A stretch of 64,000 nucleotides of DNA, taken from positions 4,856-68,855 of the forward strand of contig CAJOID010000005.1 of assembly GCA_905234595.1 (NCBI GenBank), given 5' to 3'. The DNA is from an uncultured Lachnospiraceae bacterium. Its GTDB lineage: Bacteria > Bacillota > Clostridia > Lachnospirales > Lachnospiraceae. A model generated the notes under the pieces. That model did not search any database and was not told the DNA's origin. It worked only from the letters and a program-made list of their open reading frames with translations. How positions within the stretch are numbered: the stretch's first letter is position 1; every line of letters begins with the position of its first letter. Position numbers and translations under genes: made by a program. This document shows positions 9,430 to 18,640 of this stretch, one piece after another.

Positions 9430-10358
9430 TGAGGAAAGAGATGAAACGCAGAAGAAAGACTGATGGAGAAACTACATACTGGCTGTCTTACTCCGATATG
9501 ATGGCCGGACTTTTGCTGGTCTTTGTACTCATTATTGCATTTACCATGCTTCACGCCAAGATGCAGTATGACGAGAAGCAGACAGAACTTATCGGCAAGG
9601 AACAGGAACTACTGGTGCAGGCGGATGAACTTGAAAAAGAGAGGGACATAGTCGCACAGCAAAAGACTACTCTCGATGAACAGGCCGAAATGCTGAATGC
9701 ACAGGAGGAGGCTCTTGCGGAGCAGGGAGAAAAGATCGCAATACAGGAGAAGACCCTGAAGGAGCAGCATGAACTGCTTAACAAGCTCGAGGCCATCATG
9801 AGCGAGCAGCAGCAGAAATTTGATGACATCATAGGAGTAAGGGCAGAACTGGTCGAAGAACTGAGCAGGGAGTTTGACGACTCCGATCTGAAGGTTTCCG
9901 TAGATGAGACTACCGGTGCGATCACCTTCGATTCCAGTATTCTGTTTGACTATAATAAATCCGTTCTGAAGACTTCGGGCAAAGCATTTTTGGCCGAGTT
10001 TCTGCCCAGATATGTTGATGTACTCTTAAGTCCCAAGTACAAGGACAATATTTCCGAGATACTCATAGAGGGACATACGGATACGGAAGGAAGCTATCTG
10101 ACCAATCTGGGCCTTTCGCAGAAGAGGGCACTGGCCGTAGCAGAGTATTGTCTGTCCGAAAAGAGCGGGATCCTTACGGAGAGTCAGCTGGAGGAAATGA
10201 GAATGCTCGTCTCTGCTTCAGGCCGTTCCTACAGTGATCCCATATACGACAAAGACGGCGAGATAGACATGGCTGCCTCTCGCCGTGTGGAATTCCTTTT
10301 CCGTCTGAAGGATGAAGAAATGGTCCGCGAAATGATCGAGATCCTGAGCGAAGAATGA
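9423..10358 (+). CDS. ZorB-like MotB/OmpA protein (TM Asp, coiled-coil stalk, OmpA peptidoglycan-binding domain)
   Basis: YWLSYSDMMAGLLLVF TM with conserved Asp; E/Q-rich coiled coil; IEGHTD, NLGLSQKRA, SRRVEF. Confidence 0.8.
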   Translation: MVMRKEMKRRRKTDGETTYWLSYSDMMAGLLLVFVLIIAFTMLHAKMQYDEKQTELIGKEQELLVQADELEKERDIVAQQKTTLDEQAEMLNAQEEALAEQGEKIAIQEKTLKEQHELLNKLEAIMSEQQQKFDDIIGVRAELVEELSREFDDSDLKVSVDETTGAITFDSSILFDYNKSVLKTSGKAFLAEFLPRYVDVLLSPKYKDNISEILIEGHTDTEGSYLTNLGLSQKRALAVAEYCLSEKSGILTESQLEEMRMLVSASGRSYSDPIYDKDGEIDMAASRRVEFLFRLKDEEMVREMIEILSEE

Positions 10359-10373
10359 TACCTCGACACGATG

Positions 10374-11030
10374 TCATTTGGCATCTCTGAATATCCCGCG
10401 AAATGCTCTTTGCGATACTGGCTTTCTGATGATCAGTCTGCAGATCAGGTATTGAAGTGCCGCACCCACTGCGATAAGGACATATCCAAGGATTATCGAG
10501 GTACTCAGAGTCAGTCCGCCGAACATATCCAGGTTGGTGATGAAAGTAAGTCCGGCAGTGATAAAACCGATCACCAGGCAGAAAATGATAATGGATGCCA
10601 GGAAATACTTATATACCACAGCAGTATAGATAAACAGCTGGAAGATCAGTATATCTATCACAAACAGAGAGGTCGCTATCTCGTTTGCCTTTTCAGGGTA
10701 TCTGCCGGCCATGACGGACCTGAAGATTATCAGTATCGTAAAAATAAAAAGCACGAACGAAAGAGTTAAATTGAGCTTCACCGGTATGTCCAGCTGGATC
10801 CGGCGTCCGATCCCGGATGACTGTATCATATCCGACATCGACAGCGACATGACGAACTGAAACATATACATGCTGCACAGTACCACATAGAATCCTCCCA
10901 GATACTGGGTTCCTTTGCTTACCACTTCGGTTACCACACCTATGCCCAGAAAGATCAGCATAAAGGTGATGTTGGTCGTAAATTTGAAACTGTATTTGCA
11001 GAGTGCAAAAAAGTCTTTCATTTCTTTCAT
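10374..11030 (-). CDS. ABC-2-type permease-like membrane protein
   Basis: About 6 TM helices; downstream of GntR and ABC ATPase genes. Confidence 0.65.
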   Translation of the reverse strand: MKEMKDFFALCKYSFKFTTNITFMLIFLGIGVVTEVVSKGTQYLGGFYVVLCSMYMFQFVMSLSMSDMIQSSGIGRRIQLDIPVKLNLTLSFVLFIFTILIIFRSVMAGRYPEKANEIATSLFVIDILIFQLFIYTAVVYKYFLASIIIFCLVIGFITAGLTFITNLDMFGGLTLSTSIILGYVLIAVGAALQYLICRLIIRKPVSQRAFRGIFRDAK

Positions 11031-11065
11031 TGTTTTCTCTCCCGTCAGTTTATTTTATGTCTGAT

Positions 11066-11695
11066 CTATTTGAGATCGGAGTATGATGCCTTGATCTTTT
11101 TCTCGGCGAATTTCTGTGTGAATACAACTCCCCCCGCCAGCAGTAAGACCGCAACGGCCATAAGAGGATATGCGGCTGACGGAACCATCATGCATACCGC
11201 ATCCAGTAAGATCCCGATGAGCAGCACAGGCATTGCGACCAGCAGCAGAAAACCGTACATGGACACAAATCGCGTGAAAGTCACCGACCAGACGGATACA
11301 TTTGCCAGTACCAGTGCGTATATCAGCAATGTTTTTGGATCCCCCATGCTTTTCATCACGATGAGCGCCGGTACAAAAGTATAGGCAAAGGTTCTTATGA
11401 TCCTGATAAACGAATCCGTAAGCATGCTTTTTTTGACGAAATCCATTCCGTTTACCGATGTTTTCAGATATTCCATGCCGAAGTTGTTCTTCCTGTAGAT
11501 CGGACCGTAGCCGAAATATTCTGTTGATATCTCATAGATCATCAGCCATGCCTGAACGGATAGGAAAAGGTTTGCATCGACATTACCGAAGATGAATCTG
11601 ACGACCGTGCCGATCAGGATAAACGCAAGAGGTATGATGATCGTAGTGATGTTAAAATACCGGCTTCCCAGCATTTGCTTATGACTCCTCAGCAT
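11066..11695 (-). CDS. ABC-2-type permease-like membrane protein
   Basis: About 6 TM helices; operon context. Confidence 0.65.
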   Translation of the reverse strand: MLRSHKQMLGSRYFNITTIIIPLAFILIGTVVRFIFGNVDANLFLSVQAWLMIYEISTEYFGYGPIYRKNNFGMEYLKTSVNGMDFVKKSMLTDSFIRIIRTFAYTFVPALIVMKSMGDPKTLLIYALVLANVSVWSVTFTRFVSMYGFLLLVAMPVLLIGILLDAVCMMVPSAAYPLMAVAVLLLAGGVVFTQKFAEKKIKASYSDLK

Positions 11696-11696
11696 A

Positions 11697-12602
11697 TCAG
11701 ATCACCATCCTTGTGTTTTTCTTCATGACAGCAACGCTTATCTGATAAAGTGAAGGAGTCTCTTTGGTCAGATTCATGCCTGCGAGCCTGTCCAGATCTT
11801 CTGCCAGACAAATGCCCTCAAATCCATATGGATTCACGGTTATTGAATACAGGATGCTTTTGGCGGCTTCGGTGTCGCCTGCATCGCCTTTTACCAGAAC
11901 GTATTTTTCCTTGAGTTCATCCACGAAGCCTTTTTCCACAATGTTTCCGTGTTCCATGATGATCGCATAATCGGTGATGCTCTCCATATCTGCTACATTG
12001 TGAGTGGAGAAAAATACGCTACGAGCCCCCTCGCCGCTGCTGATATATTCGCTGATCTTTGAGTTTAAGACATCTCTCATGAGCGGATCCAGGGGTGAAG
12101 CGGGCTCATCCAGGATGAGGAGATCCGTTTCTCTGGCCAGGACCGTTGCGAGCATCAGTTTCATTTTGGTTCCGTCGGACAGATCCGAGTTTTTCTTCTT
12201 GGGATCAAAATCCTGATCGCCGAAAAGTGCAAGTTCGGTACAGATCTGTTTGAACCTGTTTCTGTCGAAATTTCCGAATATCAGCTCGCTTATGCCTTCT
12301 ATGTCACCGATTGACCAGGTGGGCAGGAAGTATTTGCCCGTTCCGGTGTAGCCTATCCTGTTCTTTACTTCGGGATTGCGTTCTTTTTCGTCATTGGAGT
12401 ATTTTTCAAAGAAAGTAAAATCTCCCTTAAAATCCAGTCTGATACCGGCCATCATGTTGAGAAGAGTGGTCTTCCCCGCACCGTTCTCGCCGATCAGTGC
12501 TGTCGCGAAACCCTGAGGGATCTCAAGCTCCGGTATATCCAGTCTGAAATTCTTGTATTCCTTAACCAGATCTGTGCCTTTGACTGCTGTTGTGTAATTC
12601 AT
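11697..12602 (-). CDS. ABC transporter ATP-binding protein (YtrB-like)
   Basis: GENGAGKTT, LSDG signature variant, LILDEP, STH. Confidence 0.9.
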   Translation of the reverse strand: MNYTTAVKGTDLVKEYKNFRLDIPELEIPQGFATALIGENGAGKTTLLNMMAGIRLDFKGDFTFFEKYSNDEKERNPEVKNRIGYTGTGKYFLPTWSIGDIEGISELIFGNFDRNRFKQICTELALFGDQDFDPKKKNSDLSDGTKMKLMLATVLARETDLLILDEPASPLDPLMRDVLNSKISEYISSGEGARSVFFSTHNVADMESITDYAIIMEHGNIVEKGFVDELKEKYVLVKGDAGDTEAAKSILYSITVNPYGFEGICLAEDLDRLAGMNLTKETPSLYQISVAVMKKNTRMVI

Positions 12603-12979
12603 AATGTGCTCCTCTCAATCTCGTATAAAGCTTTAAGTGTTTCTATCAGTTCCGATTCACTCATCTGTGCTATCTTGGCTGAATTGATGGCATCTGTGAG
12701 GGCATCCTCGACTTTTCTTAAGTGCTGCTCTCTGAGCATCTCGCTGTTTTGCGCATTTACGTAGTATCCTTTTCCCTGGGCGGCGGTGACCAGCCCCTCC
12801 GCTTCAAGCACTTCATAAGCCTTCATGGTGGTGATGACGCTTATCCTGAGGTCTTTGGCCAGCCCCCTGATGGATGGCAGGTATTCTCCCTGTTTATACT
12901 TTCCGGTGAGAATATCTGTTTTAAAACTGTCCGCTATCTGCTGATAGATCGGTTTGTCGGAGTTTTGCGATAACTGCAT
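12599..12979 (-). CDS. GntR-family (YtrA subfamily) transcriptional regulator
   Basis: PIYQQI, LPSIRGLA..ISVITT.KAY..LE.EG, GKGYYV; short C-terminal helix. Confidence 0.9.
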   Translation of the reverse strand: MQLSQNSDKPIYQQIADSFKTDILTGKYKQGEYLPSIRGLAKDLRISVITTMKAYEVLEAEGLVTAAQGKGYYVNAQNSEMLREQHLRKVEDALTDAINSAKIAQMSESELIETLKALYEIERSTL

Positions 12980-13040
12980 TTCATTGTTTCCTTTGCCCGG
13001 GTGATGCGGGGACTTCATGAGGCGGTGCGCACCTCGGCCG

Positions 13041-13084
13041 ACTGTTCATGTGTTATATATACACCCATAACAGTTGAGCGTCAA
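13041..13084 (-). promoter_or_regulatory. Sigma-A promoter of the GntR-ABC operon overlapped by an inverted repeat (likely YtrA-type operator)
   Basis: Minus strand TTGACG-N17-TATATA; IR ACTGTT..GTGT-TATATAT-ACAC..AACAGT at 13041-13074. Confidence 0.65.
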
Positions 13085-13192
13085 TACTTTTTTCACAAAA
13101 GGTACTATATTATACCGTCGGCGATCGTGATACCATGGTATTGAACACAGGCGCTGTTTTCGCAGGATGATAACGAGGACTGAAATAGAGAA

Positions 13193-13882
13193 ATGAATGT
13201 TAAAAAGGCCATTCTGCCGATCATCGTTATAGTTATCTTAATTATCGTGCCTGCCACTTTGATGGTGGTCCATCACAAAAAGAATATATTCAGATACGAA
13301 GACAATCTGGATGAAACGGTTGTCAGTATTGATGACACATCCGTTTCACTCAGGGAATTCGGTTATTACATCTATGAGGTGGAGGCGTTTGTCCAGGATC
13401 AGGCGGTGATATACGATCCCGACAATCCGAAGAAATGGTGGAACACTCACTTTTCAGCAGGCCTGGATTCAACATTTGTGTGTGATTATGCAAAGAAAGT
13501 CGCGGTCAATACGCTTATCTGTGATGAGATATATTGCAGGGAGGCGATCAGTCAGGGAATGTCACTGAATGCTGACACCAAAGCCCGGATCACGAAAGAG
13601 ACCGAGGAAATGTATGGGGAAATGGATTCATACCAGCTCGATATTACCGGACTTGATAAGACCGTGATCCAAAACATCAAGGAAAAACATGCGCTCGCAT
13701 CCCAATATGCAGAGTATCTTGTCAGTACAGGAGATTTTTCGAGATATAGCGGCGATCCGCATGATCTGCTTAACTGGGACGGACAATACTATCAGGAGAT
13801 AATCCTGCCGTCTCATATGATCACCGAAAATGAAGCACTGCTTGGTAAGATAACTCTGGGAAAGATCACCGTGAATTATTGA
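13193..13882 (+). CDS. Membrane-anchored protein resembling the SurA/PrsA N-terminal chaperone domain
   Basis: N-terminal TM; VVSIDDTSVSLREF.YY and A...G.SL patterns; no clear PPIase domain. Confidence 0.55.
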   Translation: MNVKKAILPIIVIVILIIVPATLMVVHHKKNIFRYEDNLDETVVSIDDTSVSLREFGYYIYEVEAFVQDQAVIYDPDNPKKWWNTHFSAGLDSTFVCDYAKKVAVNTLICDEIYCREAISQGMSLNADTKARITKETEEMYGEMDSYQLDITGLDKTVIQNIKEKHALASQYAEYLVSTGDFSRYSGDPHDLLNWDGQYYQEIILPSHMITENEALLGKITLGKITVNY

Positions 13883-13918
13883 CTCTGTGACGCCGTCACC
13901 GGAGGTGGTTTCTCCTGC

Positions 13919-13947
13919 TTGATATCGTGACCGGACTGTGCTAATAT
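13919..13947 (+). promoter_or_regulatory. Sigma-A promoter for the ABC-F leader
   Basis: TTGATA-N17-TAATAT with extended -10 TG. Confidence 0.6.
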
Positions 13948-13992
13948 ATCAAAAACAAAAAGAAAGGCGCGCAACAGCGTGCGGGTGAAAGA

Positions 13993-14007
13993 ATGATAAT
14001 CAGATGA
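13993..14007 (+). CDS. Putative leader peptide uORF (MIIR)
   Basis: ATG ATA ATC AGA TGA in the 5' arm of a long hairpin in the ABC-F leader. Confidence 0.5.
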   Translation: MIIR

Positions 14008-14141
14008 TACACTGGTGAACATAGACTTTTTATTGGCCTTAAAAAGGTCTGTTTATGTATGCCGGATGGATCATCGTGATCATTTGATTTAACCTCGCGA
14101 AATGTGTGCATTTCGGCATATGGTTTTCATTTGTGTGTATG

Positions 14142-14170
14142 ATCTGCTTCGGTATGAAGCAGATTTTTTT
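14142..14170 (+). terminator. Intrinsic terminator (attenuator) upstream of the ABC-F gene
   Basis: ATCTGCTTC-GGTAT-GAAGCAGAT followed by a T run, ending 27 nt before the start codon. Confidence 0.8.
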
Positions 14171-14197
14171 ATGCCATTACAGACTGGAGGGATGGAT

Positions 14198-15730
14198 ATG
14201 GCACAGATACAGGTGACAGATCTGACATTTACATATGACGGAAGTGCGGACGACATATTTGACAAGGTTACATTCCGCATCGACACGGACTGGAAGCTCG
14301 GGCTGATCGGCAGAAACGGAAAGGGCAAAACTACGCTGTTAAATCTGCTTCGGGGCAAATATGAATACACGGGAAACATATCCGCGAGCACGGTTTTTGA
14401 CTATTTTCCGTACACGGTGACAGATCATGAACTTACCCGGACGGCTGCGGAACTGATGGAAAAATGGAAGCCCCGGGCAGAACTGTGGCAGGTGCTTGTT
14501 CAGATGGATGAACTTCATACGGATCCGGAGTGTCTGTACAGACCTTTTGATACTCTCAGCTTCGGAGAACGCACCAGAGTGATGCTGGCAGTCCTTTTTG
14601 CAGCGGAAAATGAGTTCCTGCTGATCGATGAGCCGACAAACCACCTGGATGGCCGGGCCCGTGAGATCGTGAAGGAGTATCTGTCTGCAAAGAAGGGATT
14701 CATACTGGTCTCTCATGACAGGGACCTGCTGGACGGAGTGTGCGATCATGTACTGGTCTTAAACAGAGAGAGCATCGACGTTCAGGCCGGCAACTTTTCC
14801 TCATGGTGGGAGAACAAGGAAAAACAGGATGCATTCCGGCAGGCGGAAAATGAGAAACACCTGCGCGAGATAGGCAAACTTAAAGTATCGGCTGACAGGA
14901 GCAGCCGTTGGGCGGAGAAGAACGAGAATTCCAAGATAGGCTTTGATCCCCGCAAGGAGCCGGACAGAAGTATCTCAACCAGATCATACATAGGCGCCAA
15001 GACCAAGAAGATGCAAAAACGGGTGAAAGTATATGAGGCTCGGATCGATCGTGAGATAGAGGAAAAAGAAGGACTCTTAAATGACATCGAAAAAGTGACG
15101 GATCTTAAGCTGAAGCCGCTCGGGTTTCATAAGGAGATCCTGATAGACGCATCCGACCTGTCTCTTCGATATGAGGGTGCTTCAGCGCCGCTGACTGAAG
15201 GCTTCAGATTTCAGCTGAAAAGAGGAGATCGCATAGTTCTGGCAGGCAGAAACGGATGCGGTAAGTCAAGTTTCCTGCATGCGGTACTTCATAAGATCGG
15301 ATATCCGGGGTTTGAGGGAGACAACGGCCCGGAGGTATCGGGACGTCTGGATATTCCGGCGGGGATAACCGTATCCTATGTCAGCCAGGACACATCTTTT
15401 CTGTCCGGTTCCTTACGGGATTTTGCGGAGAGCAGAGCACTTGACGAAAGTCTGTTTCTGGCTGTACTCAGGCAGCTTGATCTGGAACGGGAGCAGTTCA
15501 ACAAGAATATGGAGGACTACTCCGAAGGCCAGAAAAAGAAAGTGCTCATAGCTGCGAGCCTGATCACCCCCGCACATCTGTATATCTGGGACGAGCCACT
15601 CAACTTTATCGATGTTTTTTCCAGGATGCAGATCGAGAAGCTGATCCTGGAGTATGAACCTACGATGCTTCTGGTTGAACATGATGTCAGATTTCAGGAA
15701 AAAGTTGCTACAGGTATTGTCAGGATGTAA
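14198..15730 (+). CDS. lsa: Lsa-family ABC-F ribosomal protection protein
   Basis: Two ATPase domains (GRNGKGKTT/LSFGE/LIDEPTNHLD; GRNGCGKSS/YSEGQKKK/IWDEP), no TM; N-terminus LTFTYDGS.D.IF..V.F.IDTDWKLG as in Lsa proteins; GGAGG RBS. Confidence 0.85.
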   Translation: MAQIQVTDLTFTYDGSADDIFDKVTFRIDTDWKLGLIGRNGKGKTTLLNLLRGKYEYTGNISASTVFDYFPYTVTDHELTRTAAELMEKWKPRAELWQVLVQMDELHTDPECLYRPFDTLSFGERTRVMLAVLFAAENEFLLIDEPTNHLDGRAREIVKEYLSAKKGFILVSHDRDLLDGVCDHVLVLNRESIDVQAGNFSSWWENKEKQDAFRQAENEKHLREIGKLKVSADRSSRWAEKNENSKIGFDPRKEPDRSISTRSYIGAKTKKMQKRVKVYEARIDREIEEKEGLLNDIEKVTDLKLKPLGFHKEILIDASDLSLRYEGASAPLTEGFRFQLKRGDRIVLAGRNGCGKSSFLHAVLHKIGYPGFEGDNGPEVSGRLDIPAGITVSYVSQDTSFLSGSLRDFAESRALDESLFLAVLRQLDLEREQFNKNMEDYSEGQKKKVLIAASLITPAHLYIWDEPLNFIDVFSRMQIEKLILEYEPTMLLVEHDVRFQEKVATGIVRM

Positions 15731-15807
15731 GTCCGCAGAGAGATCATAAATGATATACTATTCTTTGGCGTAACCAACTCTCTTAAACGAAGTCACAAGG
15801 GGGACAA

Positions 15808-16695
15808 ATGAGTAAGATCGGTTTTGATATTCCTGAATATAAGAAGATCCGTGTGATCGTAGACACGGATGCTGCATGCGAAGCGGATGATCCTTTTGCG
15901 ATAGTCCAGGCGTTACTTTCGCCGAAGCTGATCGTAAAAGGAGTGATCGCCGAGCACTTCGGAGTGCCGCATTCCATGGAGGACAGCTACGATGAGATAA
16001 AGACCATTACGGATGCGATGGATCTGGATGTCCCGGTTTTTAGGGGTCAGACAGGAACACTTGCAGAGGATGAGAGCGTATCAGAAGGTGTTGAATTTAT
16101 AATACGGGAAGCATTTTCCGATGAAGAAAAGCCCCTGTTTGTACTCTGTCAGGGTGCAATTACGAATGTGGCGAAAGCGATTAAGACTCAGCCCGACATC
16201 AAAGGCAGAATGACTGTCATATGGATAGGAACTCACGGGGAAGCACCGTGTGAAGCACCTTTCCGGGAGTTTAATGCGGGTAATGATATAGAAGCTGCTA
16301 ATCTCGTACTTCACAGCGGTATCGACCTCTGGGTTGTACCTTCACAGGTGTATACGACAGTGACCATAGGCATCGCAGAGATTAAACGCCGCATCAGCTG
16401 CTGTGGCAGGATCGGTGCTCATCTGTACGAGAATCTGATATCATACAATGATTCCGAGGGCGCCGAATGGACACAGGGAGAAAGCTGGTCATTGGGGGAT
16501 TCTCCCGCGATCGCAATCGCAATGAATCCGGGATGCGGGCATTTCAAGATGATCCAGGCACCGGCTGTTGCGGATGATACTTCATCGGCAGCTGATCCGA
16601 CAGCGCCCACGATACGTCTTTACACGGATGTGGACAGCAGATACATACTCGAGGATCTGATCGCAAAGCTTGAGCTGTTCTGCTCCGAAAGATAA
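15808..16695 (+). CDS. Nucleoside hydrolase (IUNH family)
   Basis: VIVDTDAACEADD, GAITNVA, EFN..ND.EAA. Confidence 0.85.
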   Translation: MSKIGFDIPEYKKIRVIVDTDAACEADDPFAIVQALLSPKLIVKGVIAEHFGVPHSMEDSYDEIKTITDAMDLDVPVFRGQTGTLAEDESVSEGVEFIIREAFSDEEKPLFVLCQGAITNVAKAIKTQPDIKGRMTVIWIGTHGEAPCEAPFREFNAGNDIEAANLVLHSGIDLWVVPSQVYTTVTIGIAEIKRRISCCGRIGAHLYENLISYNDSEGAEWTQGESWSLGDSPAIAIAMNPGCGHFKMIQAPAVADDTSSAADPTAPTIRLYTDVDSRYILEDLIAKLELFCSER

Positions 16696-16710
16696 AGGGA
16701 GGACAAAAAT

Positions 16711-18612
16711 ATGCCGGGTCCCGGAGGAAGAGGTGGTTTGGGCCCCAGAGGTTTCCTGACCGAAGAAGAAAAAGCTAATCTGCCGAAGGTGGATAAAACA
16801 CTCTTAAAGCGGATCCTTTCATACATGAAACCGTACCGGATCCAGTTTTTGTTTGTGTTCGTTGCAATCCTGATCAGTGCGGTCATAGGACTCCTGCCGT
16901 CCATCATCACGGGTAAGATAGTGGACCAGGCTCTGATCAATAAGGACATGGCGCTTCTGATCCGTCTGCTCTTCATGGCGTTCGCCACGCTCGCCGCGTC
17001 ACAGATCGTCGGTGTTCTGGAATCGTATATCAATGCCTGGATCTCCCAGCGTATCATTTTTGATATGAAGAACCAGATGTATCATCATCTGCAGTATATG
17101 CCGCATTCTTTTTTCACCACAGAGAAGCAGGGTGATATCATCACGCGCATGAACACCGATATCAGCGGTGTCAGCAGTGTCATATCAGGTACCCTTTCAC
17201 ACGTCGTTTCGAATGCGGCGACAGTTATCACGACCCTGGTCGCTCTGTTTACGATGAGCTGGCAGCTTGCGATCGTCGGGGTCATCATCATTCCGCTCCT
17301 TATACTGCCGACCAAGAGAGTGGGCAGAAATCAATGGCAGATCCGCTCGGATTCACAGGCCAAGAATGACGAGATGAACCAGCTCATCAATGAGTCGCTA
17401 AGTGTGTCCGGATCGGTTCTGGTCAAGCTTTTTACCAGAGAAGAAAGAGAATATGAGAGATTCGTCAAGGTCAATTCGGAGCTTACAAGCCTGAATCTGA
17501 AAGAACAGCGGAGTGGCAGCTGGTTCCGCGTGGTCATGGGGATGTTCACACAGGTGGGACCGCTGCTCATCTATTTTGCGGGCGGATACTTCATCATATC
17601 CAGGATGGATGAGAATCTGACCGTAGGTACGATCACTGCCATGGTAGCGCTTATCAACAGACTGTACAGGCCGGTTCAGGATCTGCTCAATCTCCAGGTG
17701 GATTTCACCAGAAGTCTGGCGCTTTTTTCCAGAATATTCGAATACTTCGATATGAAGAGTTCAATAGTAAGTCCCGAGAACGGGTTAAAGCCTGATGTGA
17801 CCTGTAGAGAGATAGTATATGACCATGTCGCGTTTTCCTATGATCCGGATGTTCCCATACTTACAGATGTGAGTTTCACGGTCCCCGGCGGTCAGATGTA
17901 TGCAATAGTCGGTCCGTCCGGCTCGGGCAAATCGACGATCGTCAACCTCATACCGAGGCTGTATGACGTATGCGCGGGCTCTGTCCGGATCGGCGATACG
18001 GATGTCAGGGATTTTGATCTGTCGTACCTGCGGTCAACGATCGGTGTCGTGACACAGGAGACGTATCTTTTTAACGGAACCATCAGGGAGAATCTCCTCT
18101 ATGCCAAGGAGGATGCGACCGAAGAGGAACTCATCAGCGCATGCAAGAATGCAAATATCCACGACTTCATAATAAATCAGCCTGATGGTTATGACACCAT
18201 CGTCGGAAACAGAGGGCTGAAACTGTCGGGCGGAGAGAAACAGCGGCTGTCCATAGCCAGAGTCATACTTAAAGATCCTAAGATACTGATCCTCGATGAA
18301 GCCACGAGCGCACTGGATTCCATCTCCGAGAATGCCATTCAGGAAGCGCTTGAACTGCTGATGCAGGGCCGGACGAGTATAGTCATCGCTCACAGGCTAT
18401 CTACGATCCTCAAGGCTGATGCGATCCTGGTAGTCAAAGACGGTGTGATCGCAGAGCGCGGAACCCATGAATCACTGATTGACCTAAACGGAATATATAA
18501 AGAACTGTATGAAACACAGTTTAGACAGGTGCTTGATATGGAAGGCACTGCGGATAAACTCGACGGTACAGACTATTGGGGCAAAGTCGAAGAAGAAACC
18601 ATGGGATTTTGA
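16711..18612 (+). CDS. ABC exporter, fused permease/ATPase
   Basis: TMD plus GPSGSGKST, LSGGEKQR, LDEATSALD, IAHRLST. Confidence 0.95.
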   Translation: MPGPGGRGGLGPRGFLTEEEKANLPKVDKTLLKRILSYMKPYRIQFLFVFVAILISAVIGLLPSIITGKIVDQALINKDMALLIRLLFMAFATLAASQIVGVLESYINAWISQRIIFDMKNQMYHHLQYMPHSFFTTEKQGDIITRMNTDISGVSSVISGTLSHVVSNAATVITTLVALFTMSWQLAIVGVIIIPLLILPTKRVGRNQWQIRSDSQAKNDEMNQLINESLSVSGSVLVKLFTREEREYERFVKVNSELTSLNLKEQRSGSWFRVVMGMFTQVGPLLIYFAGGYFIISRMDENLTVGTITAMVALINRLYRPVQDLLNLQVDFTRSLALFSRIFEYFDMKSSIVSPENGLKPDVTCREIVYDHVAFSYDPDVPILTDVSFTVPGGQMYAIVGPSGSGKSTIVNLIPRLYDVCAGSVRIGDTDVRDFDLSYLRSTIGVVTQETYLFNGTIRENLLYAKEDATEEELISACKNANIHDFIINQPDGYDTIVGNRGLKLSGGEKQRLSIARVILKDPKILILDEATSALDSISENAIQEALELLMQGRTSIVIAHRLSTILKADAILVVKDGVIAERGTHESLIDLNGIYKELYETQFRQVLDMEGTADKLDGTDYWGKVEEETMGF

Positions 18613-18640
18613 AACACCTGTGAAACCGGAGGCATATACG

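Noticed and set aside
8002-10358. Flagellar stator motAB
   Set aside because: The long cytoplasmic tail on the A subunit and the absence of flagellar genes fit ZorAB-like proteins better
14102-14197. N-terminal extensions given by the ORF track (ABC-F at 14102; also 2662, 18509, 29445, 47403, 48516)
   Set aside because: They run through terminators, promoters or neighbouring genes; downstream starts with an RBS or family-typical N-terminus were preferred
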